From a virus (lineage: Duplodnaviria; Caudoviricetes): a DNA stretch of 46,739 bases. Positions 16,179 to 24,813 of the stretch are shown here, piece after piece. The position numbers and the translations under genes were made by a program. The stretch is from positions 1 through 46,739 of the IMG/VR virus record IMGVR_UViG_3300037882_001209; one strand, written 5' to 3'. Position 1 is the stretch's first letter. Every line of letters begins with the position of its first letter. The notes below the pieces were generated by a model. The model had not been told where the DNA came from. It saw nothing but the letters and a program-made list of their open reading frames with translations, and ran no database searches.

Positions 16179-18774
16179 GTGCCAACAGTGTGAGCTATCC
16201 TCCTGTGGTGGGCCAGCTAAGAAGCTAGTACATGGCCACGGTTCACGTACGGCACGTATTGCTATTGTAGGCGAGTCCCCCACAGGGGGCGATGTCTCGG
16301 CTGGCTCGCTATTCTCGGGAGGGACTGGCCAGCTAATCGATTTTGTACTGCAGTCTATTGGTATGAGTAGGGATCAGCTGTATAGTGCTTCTGCGCTGTT
16401 GTGCAGCTATCCGTCTGGCAAGAAGCCTGGAAAGAAATCCATTGAGGCTTGTCGTGGACGGCTAGAGCTAGAGCTGTCCAGACTACCTAATTTGGATGTA
16501 GTAATCGCAATGGGCGGGCTTGCATTGCAAGCTCTCACAGACAAGACTGCCATTACTAAGGAGATCTACAACGTCTATTGGAATGATGCTATCCAGGCAT
16601 TCGTCATTCCTATCTATCATCCGGCGTTTGTGTTTCGCAACATCGAGGCTTTCGATGACTTGGTATGGGCGTTCCATCGCGCAAAGAGCCTACTCTTTCA
16701 GACAAAGGCAGCGCTTGATCTACCACAGATAGATATACGTATTGCGCGCACCACAGGGGAGGCCGAGGGGCTATTGTGGAATATAGCGCATACGGCACGA
16801 CCCACATGGACCGCCATTGACTGGGAAACAGACTATGCTGATCCTATGCGAAGCCCCACTCTCGCTATTGGGTTTTGCCAGCAGCCGGGTAAGGCAGTTA
16901 TTATCCCTTGGGCGGCAAGCCCTAGTGAGAATCCCAGTCCGCGAGACCTAGAGCCTACAGAACGTATGATCGGCCTGCTAGGCAAAATTGCTCGCAATCC
17001 AAACGTGAAGGGGGTATTTCATAATGGAGACTTCGACGTACGCGTAGCGCACTACAACGCTGGCGTGGACTTTAAGATCCATTATGACACTCTGCTGTCC
17101 GACTATGCGCTAGACGAGCGTGGCGGAGGGGATGACCTAGAGGGTACTAGTGGTGGAGTCCGTGTTGGGTCCCACAGGCTAAAGAGTGCAGCCAAGAGGT
17201 ATCTGCATGCTCCAGACTGGGAGCTAGACATTAAGAAGTATCTCAAGTCTAGCACCGCACGGTATTCTGCTATCCCACGGGATAGGCTGTACCAGTACCT
17301 AGCGTATGACGTACATTATACGCTACTACTGCGCGAGAAGCACGAAGAGCTATTGCAAGCAGAGGAGCCGTCGCGAAAAGGGTTCTGGAAGCCGCACGAC
17401 TGCGTTCATAAGCTGCTAATCCCAGCCCAGAACGAAATCATCCAAATGGAGCTCGATGGTATCGTTATCAATCGAGCAGCGGCAGCTAAGGTATCCGATG
17501 ACATGGGTACAAAGCTGCAGGATTTGAAAGGCTACATCTGGGAACGTGCAATCGAGCTAGGCTGGCCCGCCGAGGAGATCCATACCCTAAATCTCCGCAG
17601 TCCACACAGCCTTAAGCGGTTAGTATACGATCTAATGGGCGTAAAGGTCACGGATGATCTACGCACTAAACTAGGTGGCGGCAGGATTGATACAGAGTAC
17701 CCCACAGGGAAGGACACACTAACTAAGCTGCGTGATAGAGATCCTATTATCCAGGCTATCCTGGATTTTAAGAAGACTGACAAGCTACGTGGCACGTATG
17801 TGGATGCCGTCATTGAGCGGTCCGAGTATAGCGGACGAATCCATGGGCAGTTCACTCTAACTGTAACACGTACTGGTCGGTTGTCTTCGCGTGATCCTAA
17901 CCTGCAGAACATCGAGCCTTCTACTAAGGTATTCTATGAACCCGATGACGATGAGCCAAGCACGTTCGTAAACGCAGACTATAAGCAGCTAGAGGTTCGT
18001 GTAGCTGCCAGAGGCTCGCGAGATCCTAATCTGATCCAGGCATGCAAGGGCGACATCCACGGGAATATCTCTCGTGAGATCTTTAAGAAGCACTATGACG
18101 ACGTTAATAACTCGACGTCGTTGCAGCAGCTAATCTTGCTGGGTAATAAGTACCCTGTAATGGCTCCGATGATCGCTAAGATTCTGTCGCGGTCAGTAGA
18201 AGAAGTGGAGTTGTTTGCGCAAGAGCTGCGGGACGAGCTACGTAATGCAGCCAAGCCGATTATCTTTGGTGTCATCTACGGTCGCGAAGCCTACTCGCTA
18301 GCGACTGGCCCCTTGCAGTGTTCGCCAAAAGAAGCGCAAAAGTATATCGACAATCTGTTTTCCAGATTTTCTAGGCTAGCACGGTGGCTTGACCAGCAGA
18401 AACAAGATGTATTGCAGTATGGCTGGATTGAGTCAGAGACTGGGCGTCGTCGGCGGTTCAACTTCGTAACAGACGAGTTTGAAGCCAAGATTCTAAAGCA
18501 GACTGTCAACGCGCCAGTGCAAGCAGACGCATCGGATATCTGCTTGAAGAGCTTCGTTGTGCTAGCACCAGAGTTGCGAGAGCTAGGTTGGGGTAAGCCT
18601 AAGCTGCTAGTCCACGATGCTATTGGGTTCTCGATCAAGAATCAATATTTCGCGCTGGCCTTGCCACTCATTAAACAGCGCATGGAGCACACCGTAGAAG
18701 ACCCAGAGCTAGTCTTCGAAGTAGACTTCAAGGCTGGCCCCAATTACATGGATCTAAAGAAGGTAAAGCTATGA
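16123..18774 (+). CDS. polA: family A DNA polymerase with N-terminal uracil-DNA glycosylase (family 4-like) and 3'-5' exonuclease domains
   Basis: CQQCEL..IVGESP..C..ACR..YHPA (UDG); DWETD, HNGDFD, YLAYD (exo); TGRLSSRDPNLQNI, ADYKQLEVR, RNAAKPIIFGVIYG, LVHD (pol). Confidence 0.95.
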   Translation: MIFPATTRPSTEELLGRAKCQQCELSSCGGPAKKLVHGHGSRTARIAIVGESPTGGDVSAGSLFSGGTGQLIDFVLQSIGMSRDQLYSASALLCSYPSGKKPGKKSIEACRGRLELELSRLPNLDVVIAMGGLALQALTDKTAITKEIYNVYWNDAIQAFVIPIYHPAFVFRNIEAFDDLVWAFHRAKSLLFQTKAALDLPQIDIRIARTTGEAEGLLWNIAHTARPTWTAIDWETDYADPMRSPTLAIGFCQQPGKAVIIPWAASPSENPSPRDLEPTERMIGLLGKIARNPNVKGVFHNGDFDVRVAHYNAGVDFKIHYDTLLSDYALDERGGGDDLEGTSGGVRVGSHRLKSAAKRYLHAPDWELDIKKYLKSSTARYSAIPRDRLYQYLAYDVHYTLLLREKHEELLQAEEPSRKGFWKPHDCVHKLLIPAQNEIIQMELDGIVINRAAAAKVSDDMGTKLQDLKGYIWERAIELGWPAEEIHTLNLRSPHSLKRLVYDLMGVKVTDDLRTKLGGGRIDTEYPTGKDTLTKLRDRDPIIQAILDFKKTDKLRGTYVDAVIERSEYSGRIHGQFTLTVTRTGRLSSRDPNLQNIEPSTKVFYEPDDDEPSTFVNADYKQLEVRVAARGSRDPNLIQACKGDIHGNISREIFKKHYDDVNNSTSLQQLILLGNKYPVMAPMIAKILSRSVEEVELFAQELRDELRNAAKPIIFGVIYGREAYSLATGPLQCSPKEAQKYIDNLFSRFSRLARWLDQQKQDVLQYGWIESETGRRRRFNFVTDEFEAKILKQTVNAPVQADASDICLKSFVVLAPELRELGWGKPKLLVHDAIGFSIKNQYFALALPLIKQRMEHTVEDPELVFEVDFKAGPNYMDLKKVKL

Positions 18775-19556
18775 AACCGCTAATCAAATGGGCTGGAGGC
18801 AAGACTTGGTTTTTGCCTAAGTTTGCAGAACTAACAGCCGGAGTTAAGTACACTGCGCTGGTAGAGCTATTCGCTGGGGGCGCCGCCGTAGCCTTTGGGC
18901 GCGAAGAGCGCTCTGTGGTGCTAAACGATATCAATGGTCCACTCATTGATTTCTATAAGAACACCAAGCTGGGACATCTACCACCAGTCTACAACAACAT
19001 GAATGAGGAAGTGTATGCTAAGCTGCGAGCTAGGTACAATGCAGTAAAATCGCAACCACAGGGGGGATTCCCTAGGGAATCTGGCGATCTGTTCTATATA
19101 ATGAACCGGTTCGCCTTTAACGGACTGTACCGCGAAAACGCCGGTGGGCAGTTCAATGTGCCCTGGAACAAGAAGCAGCGTGCCGTGGATAGCGACTTTC
19201 ATAGCGCCTATATGCTAATGAGTCAGGGCGATTGGGTCCTATCTAATCTTCCTTACGAACAAGTGCCATTGTGTCCAGGTGACCTAGTGTTCGCCGATCC
19301 CCCATACGCTGACGTGTTTAGCACTTATGCCGCCGGAGGGTTCGGCTGGGCCGCGCAGGAGGCGCTAGCGGCTTACCTATCTAAGCTCAATCTTCCTGTG
19401 GTGGCCACAAACAACGGAGCACCTAAGGTTCTGGAGCTGTACAGAGACTACGGCTTCAATGTACAAACAATCAATGCCCCGCGCAAGATCTCTTGCACTG
19501 GGGACAGGGAGCCAGCATGCGAAATGATAGCTACAAGGAACTTGGTAAGTACGTAG
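18771..19556 (+). CDS. dam: Dam-like DNA adenine N6 methyltransferase
   Basis: KWAGGK, ELFAGGAAV, LNDIN, NGLYR.N..G.FNVP, DPPY; orphan, no adjacent endonuclease. Confidence 0.92.
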   Translation: MKPLIKWAGGKTWFLPKFAELTAGVKYTALVELFAGGAAVAFGREERSVVLNDINGPLIDFYKNTKLGHLPPVYNNMNEEVYAKLRARYNAVKSQPQGGFPRESGDLFYIMNRFAFNGLYRENAGGQFNVPWNKKQRAVDSDFHSAYMLMSQGDWVLSNLPYEQVPLCPGDLVFADPPYADVFSTYAAGGFGWAAQEALAAYLSKLNLPVVATNNGAPKVLELYRDYGFNVQTINAPRKISCTGDREPACEMIATRNLVST

Positions 19557-19741
19557 TAGTGGTTGGTCTTATTTGGCTTAGCACGATTGTAGGTAGCATC
19601 GGGCTAACCAGTCAACTAGTAGAAAGCAAGACCACGCGTCAAGTGTGTGAAGCTACTGCATCGGCGTATGATCTACGTGTAGATCGTATCCATGCTGGTG
19701 CTTGTGACTTTACAGATCCCTGGACTCGGGAGGCGCAGTGA
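19517..19741 (+). CDS. small membrane-anchored protein
   Basis: AGGGAG RBS before ATG 19517; one TM segment, two Cys. Confidence 0.55.
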   Translation: MRNDSYKELGKYVVVVGLIWLSTIVGSIGLTSQLVESKTTRQVCEATASAYDLRVDRIHAGACDFTDPWTREAQ

Positions 19742-19977
19742 ATACGACTGTTTATCTGGCTGGGCCTATTTCTGGTTGTAGCTATGATGGCTGCACAGAG
19801 TGGCGTACCTTCGCAAAGGAACGTCTAGCAGAGGGATTCCCAGTAGAGCTAGCAGATGTGATCATTCGCGTCCTGGACCTATGTGGTAAGTTCGGAATCG
19901 ACCTTCGCGCAGCTGTAGCAATGAAGATGGCATACAACGAGTCTCGGCCGTATCGACACGGCGGGAGGACCTGCTAA
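19738..19977 (+). pseudogene. chimeric remnant: nucleoside deoxyribosyltransferase-like N-terminus fused to MazG-like C-terminus
   Basis: VYLAGPISG...EWR joined directly to EGFPVELADVIIRVLDLCG..IDL..AV..KMAYNESRPYRHGG. Confidence 0.65.
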
Positions 19978-20534
19978 TGTGGAAGATTACTAAAACGTCT
20001 GATGGCCGAACCAGCTGGGTATGCAATCAATGTAAAATGTACGTCGTCCAGGACGACGTACCACCGCCCTGCGCGTGTGGCACTCATTTTCAGACTAGCC
20101 AAGGAGGGACTTCCGGTGTAGCCGCGGGCGGAGGTTGGAGCACCTTTATGGCTGGTACAGCTGGTATGGGTGGCGGAGGTACTGCAAGCGAGTCTAAGCC
20201 CCCCGAGTCTAAGAAGGCGGATGCTACCAAGCTACCATTTCATCTACTACCTGCACGTCCCATTGAAGAGATTGTAAAGGTACTGCAGTTTGGAGCGACG
20301 AAGTATGGGGACCGTAATTGGGAAAATCCTGGTCTTTCCTGGAGTCGTCTATATGGCGCTGCTATGCGTCATCTTTTCTTGCAGTGGTGGGGACAAGGAG
20401 AAAACAAGGACCCAGAAACAGGACTAAGTCACCTAGCACATGCTGCGGGCTGTATTCTGTTTCTACTAGAGTATAGCTACACACATCCAGAGCTAGACGA
20501 TAGACCTTACAAACCCATCGAAAAGCGGGGTTGA
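19977..20534 (+). CDS. dATP/dGTP diphosphohydrolase domain protein (DUF5664-like) with N-terminal Zn-ribbon and Gly linker
   Basis: KAD..KL.FHLLP...VLQFGATKYGDRNW...AAMRHL...DPETGLSHLAHA. Confidence 0.85.
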   Translation: MWKITKTSDGRTSWVCNQCKMYVVQDDVPPPCACGTHFQTSQGGTSGVAAGGGWSTFMAGTAGMGGGGTASESKPPESKKADATKLPFHLLPARPIEEIVKVLQFGATKYGDRNWENPGLSWSRLYGAAMRHLFLQWWGQGENKDPETGLSHLAHAAGCILFLLEYSYTHPELDDRPYKPIEKRG

Positions 20535-20566
20535 TCCTCGACTTACACACGTCGTATACGGGGCGG

Positions 20567-20633
20567 GCGATCGGGGGTAGGTCTCGGTATAGGGACCCTC
20601 CCGATCGCATCCCCCGATTGAATCTGGCGGGGG
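20567..20633 (+). promoter_or_regulatory. intergenic paired hairpins with alternative pairing
   Basis: GCGATCGGGGG/CTCCCGATCGC plus GGTCTC/GGGACC stem, then CCCCCG/CGGGGG stem. Confidence 0.5.
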
Positions 20634-20666
20634 TACTTTCAGCCGCTTTCACCTTAGAGGTTTCCT

Positions 20667-20915
20667 ATGGATTCCACGCGATATCTTCTACGTTACGTCA
20701 ACCGTGCCCCAGTAGCAGATGGAGAGCAAACACATCAATTTTCTTTCTACAATGGAGACTCCAAGAATCTCTCGGCGTTCGCTTTTACGACAGACAAGCA
20801 AGCCGCTACAAAGCTCACTCTAGAAGATGCTAAGGTACTGTGGTACACAGCACTTAAGATTTATTCTGCGCTAGGCGCCCATAGCTTTGATCTAGTACAG
20901 CTACAGGAGCCCTAG
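20667..20915 (+). CDS. hypothetical protein
   Basis: AGAGG RBS, 82 aa. Confidence 0.7.
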   Translation: MDSTRYLLRYVNRAPVADGEQTHQFSFYNGDSKNLSAFAFTTDKQAATKLTLEDAKVLWYTALKIYSALGAHSFDLVQLQEP

Positions 20916-21004
20916 TGGACTACGTAATTTCTATGCTAACGCTAATCTGTGCATTTTGTGTCATCTTAGTATGTGTAGGGCTAATCCTACGCGGGAAGAA
21001 GTAA
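20915..21004 (+). CDS. small membrane peptide (29 aa, not in the ORF track)
   Basis: AGGAG RBS; MDYVISMLTLICAFCVILVCVGLILRGKK*; coupled at both ends (TAGTG, TAATG). Confidence 0.6.
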   Translation: MDYVISMLTLICAFCVILVCVGLILRGKK

Positions 21005-21849
21005 TGTACAGTGCTCGTGTACTCGCCGATTCTGTTTCTCCCGCGGGCCATAGATTGATCTCTATGGAAGTGACCTTCCCACGTATCGTACTAGCCGAGT
21101 TCAATACACACAAGCGGCTTACTAAAAATAGTGCGTCTTCACGGGCTATCCCCGTAGAGAAGCAAATTAAGCGTGTACGTGAAGACCCCTTCATCCCCAT
21201 TTATTGGGGTAAGAACCAAAAGGGCATGTCAGCTGACGAAGAGCTGACACCTGTACAGCAGGCAGTATGCTTGCATGAATGGCTGCAAGCACGTGACAAT
21301 GCAGTAGAGTCCGCGCTAGAGCTGCTGCATATCGGCGTGCACAAGCAAATTACGAATCGGCTTCTAGAGCCATTCATGTGGCACACCGTAATCACCACAG
21401 CGTCTTACTGGAAGAACTTTTTTGCTCTGCGTAAGCATAAGGCTGCGCAGCCCGAGATTCAGTTCGCAGCTGCTCTTATGCTAGAGGCATACAAGGCTAG
21501 TGCACCACAGGTAGTCCAGCACGGCGATTGGCATCTGCCGCTAACGACTAGGGAGGAGCGGCTAGATGAGCCTAACTTGCCTTGGCCCATGATCTCGGCA
21601 GGGCGTTGCGCGCGAGTATCGTATCTAACACATGACGGTAAGCGGGACGTGCAAGCAGACATCGACCTAGCCCGTAAGCTTACAGACCGTGGCCACATGT
21701 CTCCGCTTGAACACGTAGCGCAATCCGTGCCTTGTGTGGAGCCAGCGTACGTAAGTAATTTTCACGACAGTTGGCTACAGCTACGAAAGACAATGCCTAA
21801 TGAAGCGTGTTTCTATAACCCCGATATCGATGAGGTAGTCTGTGAATAA
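21004..21849 (+). CDS. thyX: flavin-dependent thymidylate synthase
   Basis: FPRIVLAEFNTHKRLTKNSASSRAIP, HKQITNRLLEPF, RCARVSY, HMSPLEH; start ATG 21004 by TAATG coupling. Confidence 0.88.
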   Translation: MYSARVLADSVSPAGHRLISMEVTFPRIVLAEFNTHKRLTKNSASSRAIPVEKQIKRVREDPFIPIYWGKNQKGMSADEELTPVQQAVCLHEWLQARDNAVESALELLHIGVHKQITNRLLEPFMWHTVITTASYWKNFFALRKHKAAQPEIQFAAALMLEAYKASAPQVVQHGDWHLPLTTREERLDEPNLPWPMISAGRCARVSYLTHDGKRDVQADIDLARKLTDRGHMSPLEHVAQSVPCVEPAYVSNFHDSWLQLRKTMPNEACFYNPDIDEVVCE

Positions 21850-22339
21850 GACTCTAAGCCCCTTTGGGTATGTGTACCCAACCCCGACGCACCGACAACA
21901 CTTTGTATTCACACTGGCCGGGCGTAGTGTAGGGTTCGTGTCTCTAGTATGGCGCCTAGTACCTGGGAGCGCGGAGAAGGTACATCCTTTCTTCGCAATC
22001 GAAGGGCGCTGGGCGCACGATCTAGACCTTGGAATCGCATGGTGCTGTCCTGCAGACGTCCATAAGTTCTCTCGCAACCAAGGCGAACGTATCGCAATGC
22101 GTGAGCTTATGAGTAAGTACGGATCGACACGAAAGCACGTGTTCACGGAAAGCTTGGATGCCAACGATGAACTAGTGCTTAGGTTCGCCAGCCCTTGGAG
22201 GCTTAAGCCCATTCTACAGCATCAACACCCGCCTCGGTGGGCCGCCTGGATGCTAAGGCAGCCTGATATCGGACTGCAGTTGTTGGACCGAAGAGACGTA
22301 GTCATGCCAAGTCCGTTTGCGACTAGGCTGAAATTTTAG
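21842..22339 (+). CDS. hypothetical protein
   Basis: GAGG RBS, last gene of the + arm. Confidence 0.7.
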   Translation: MNKTLSPFGYVYPTPTHRQHFVFTLAGRSVGFVSLVWRLVPGSAEKVHPFFAIEGRWAHDLDLGIAWCCPADVHKFSRNQGERIAMRELMSKYGSTRKHVFTESLDANDELVLRFASPWRLKPILQHQHPPRWAAWMLRQPDIGLQLLDRRDVVMPSPFATRLKF

Positions 22340-22350
22340 CCTAGAAACAC

Positions 22351-22389
22351 AAAAAGCGCTCCGCGGAGTTTCCGCAGAGCGCTTTTTTT
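22351..22389. terminator. bidirectional intrinsic terminator between the convergent arms
   Basis: AAAAAGCGCTC-CGCGGA-GTT-TCCGC-AGAGCGCTTTTTTT. Confidence 0.9.
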
Positions 22390-22400
22390 GTCTTTACTTT

Positions 22401-22997
22401 TTACTGCAATGAGCTGGCATAGCAAATGCTATGCACTGGCAGCTCGTCTCCAAACGCTACAACGTAAACTGGCATTGCCTGAAACACACCAGCTAGCCGG
22501 CCGCGCGTATCGAATACTGGGCCGCCGGAAATCCCGTGGTCGCAATGCCCGCCAGTGACTCCGTACATGTCGTCTTGCTTGTTGATTACCTGGCCGCGCC
22601 ACATCGTTAGCGAGCCAGCGGGAAATCCTAGTCCGTACACTTCCTCTGTATAGTACAGCGGATACGGGGACAGCCGTGCAGGCTTAGCCACCGGACCCGA
22701 CAACTCTAGCAACGAGATAGGAGAAAGGTTGCTGTGCTGGACCGACACAGCTACTTCGCAAGTCATTACGTGCTTGATCCAACCACAGGCCCGTACGGAT
22801 GTCTCATTCTCTGGCACATGGGTGGCGGTAACCACCGCATGAGCGATGTCGATGTGCTTTGGTTCTACGTAGGTCCCGCTGCCGATGAAGCGCCACGTAC
22901 CGTCAGCTTGCAAGGCATGAATCTGCACTAGATGATCGACCATATCGATGGGCTTTGCGGCCAAACAACTAATCAGAGTAAGCAGCGTCATAAGCAT
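22401..22997 (-). CDS. trypsin-like serine protease with N-terminal signal-like segment
   Basis: GSGT, VVTATHV (His), GFP, GISGGPVFD..GRLAGV (Ser). Confidence 0.8.
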   Translation of the reverse strand: MLMTLLTLISCLAAKPIDMVDHLVQIHALQADGTWRFIGSGTYVEPKHIDIAHAVVTATHVPENETSVRACGWIKHVMTCEVAVSVQHSNLSPISLLELSGPVAKPARLSPYPLYYTEEVYGLGFPAGSLTMWRGQVINKQDDMYGVTGGHCDHGISGGPVFDTRGRLAGVFQAMPVYVVAFGDELPVHSICYASSLQ

Positions 22998-24145
22998 TAG
23001 TCCTCCTCACGTAGTTTGAACTGTTGAACCCCCGTCGCTCTAGTCACTCGTTCGGCTACTGCACGGGGGTTTTCTACTTTGTACTCTTTGCCACCATAGT
23101 AGATAGTAGAATCTAGAATAGGCAGTACTGCTATGTGTACGTTGCCCACCACAGGGCGATGGGCAATAGCTATACCTTGCTGCCAATTGGACTGCTTGTT
23201 AAACCTAGGAATGGGACCGTCCAGCCGGACTAGACACCCTGGGCTTACCATTGCTACTGTCTTAGTCCCCTGTGGTTCCCAGCTGGTTTTTTGATCGTAT
23301 ACAATACGGTGAGCATGCCCTTGCACAGTAGTGTGTGTAAGCTTATCCGCCTTTAGGTTTGCGTACTCTTCGCCGTGGCGAATGCATAACTCATCCCATA
23401 GCCACATCGGAGTATCGTACTCCGTATTGGATTCAATCCCCAGCTCTTGGAATCTAAGCAGATTCTGTAGCGTTAGCATGGGTTTCTTTTCTTGCGCAGG
23501 GCGGAGGAAATTCAATTCCTCATTCAGAGTTCGTACTGCATTATTTAGCCTAGCGTCGTGATTGCCATACACGAAACGAAACTTTGTCTTGGGCGCCGCA
23601 TTGCGTAGTTCCCATAGCCAATAGAACCCCTCTTCGACGGCTGGCTGGGTAGTATTGGCGTATCGTACACCCTTTCGCCCCCTCTGAAACTTCGAATACT
23701 CTGGTAGGTCTAGGTAGTCACCTAGGATGTACAGGTAGGTTGGCTGTTGCTCGCGCACAAACTGAACGCAGCATTCAATAGCCGCCCTATCGTGGAACGG
23801 GTCAAGGTAGCTGTAGGACTCATCCCATTCGTAGCCAATCTGAAAGTCTGGCAGAAAAATGGCTGTCTCTGTGGTACTTGATACATTATATGTGCTACTC
23901 AGCACCACAGGGAGGTCGGCGCGGGCAGGGACTAATTCTAGGGCAGGGAATCGCTCTAGGTGGGCCTTGACCTGAAAGAACTCTGCGATCTCGCCTGGAC
24001 CGATTGGTCCGTCCCACTTGTTAACAGAGAACTTAGTAACAGTCCATTTAGACTGATCTACCTTTGTCTCTGCTAGCAGCTCGTCTAGGGTCTTGATTCT
24101 ACCGTCGTCTGTACGAACCGGAGTTTCGAAAGTAACAGAAGGCAT
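22997..24145 (-). CDS. calcineurin-like metallophosphoesterase
   Basis: LPDFQIG, LGDYLD, GNHD, RHG, GHAHR, NWQQG motifs. Confidence 0.88.
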   Translation of the reverse strand: MPSVTFETPVRTDDGRIKTLDELLAETKVDQSKWTVTKFSVNKWDGPIGPGEIAEFFQVKAHLERFPALELVPARADLPVVLSSTYNVSSTTETAIFLPDFQIGYEWDESYSYLDPFHDRAAIECCVQFVREQQPTYLYILGDYLDLPEYSKFQRGRKGVRYANTTQPAVEEGFYWLWELRNAAPKTKFRFVYGNHDARLNNAVRTLNEELNFLRPAQEKKPMLTLQNLLRFQELGIESNTEYDTPMWLWDELCIRHGEEYANLKADKLTHTTVQGHAHRIVYDQKTSWEPQGTKTVAMVSPGCLVRLDGPIPRFNKQSNWQQGIAIAHRPVVGNVHIAVLPILDSTIYYGGKEYKVENPRAVAERVTRATGVQQFKLREED

Positions 24146-24155
24146 TGGAGTCTCC

Positions 24156-24800
24156 TTAAGGCATGGAAGCGGCTAGATCATAGGCTTCCTTAAGCCAAGC
24201 AGAGTACTTAGGCACTTGCCCAGTACCGTTGTAATACCGAGCAAACGTGGCCCAATCCTTGTTGGTAATGGCCTTTAGCAGGCGCGTGTCAGACTCGATG
24301 AAGTTAACCACCATCTCGAGTTGTTTGTTGATATCGTGCGAATCCAGATACATGGAGAATGGGTCCATGTACCCCGCACGACCGTAGTTAAAGCCCATAA
24401 TCTGGCCTACCCCAAACGAGGTAGCTTGAATGGCTGCACTAGCAGCGCCAGCGTCCATGTTGGTCGCTGTATTGAAAGCAAGCCATTCGGTTGCCTGGGG
24501 GCCGCCGTGCAGCTTAATCCATGCAGACGTGCTCTCTGGCTTTACGTAATGCTCCTTCCAAGTCTCCTTAGCATCAAATCTAAAGTGCACATCAAACAAC
24601 TCCCTGTGGAGCTGACCGAACAGCTTGAAGAACTGATGCACTTCAAATCGGATGATGGGTAGCTTTGTGATAGGATCTATACCCTGTCCGCTAGCCTCCA
24701 CCGCGAATACCGCAATGAGCGCGTTGATGTCTACCTTGGGCGGAAGAAGCGTAGCTAGCACCGGAAGATACTGCCTAGCTAGAGTCACTTTCGTAATCAT
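24156..24800 (-). CDS. endolysin, N-acetylmuramidase (DUF3380-like)
   Basis: AVFAVEASG, IRFEVHQF, TSFGVGQIMGFNY, DWATFARYYNG. Confidence 0.9.
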   Translation of the reverse strand: MITKVTLARQYLPVLATLLPPKVDINALIAVFAVEASGQGIDPITKLPIIRFEVHQFFKLFGQLHRELFDVHFRFDAKETWKEHYVKPESTSAWIKLHGGPQATEWLAFNTATNMDAGAASAAIQATSFGVGQIMGFNYGRAGYMDPFSMYLDSHDINKQLEMVVNFIESDTRLLKAITNKDWATFARYYNGTGQVPKYSAWLKEAYDLAASMP

Positions 24801-24813
24801 TTTAGTCCCTTAG

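Noticed and set aside
18771-19556. Methylase as a CTAG-specific enzyme explaining the CTAG excess
   Set aside because: It keeps the Dam GATC-recognition features (N-terminal KWAGGK Lys; L, R and P of the NGLxRxN..FNVP hairpin), so GATC is the more likely target; only methylome data could overturn this.
19977-20534. 2-aminoadenine (Z) genome pathway suggested by the dATP/dGTP diphosphohydrolase
   Set aside because: No PurZ-like gene is in the window and an adenine methylase is present; this domain also occurs outside Z-phages.
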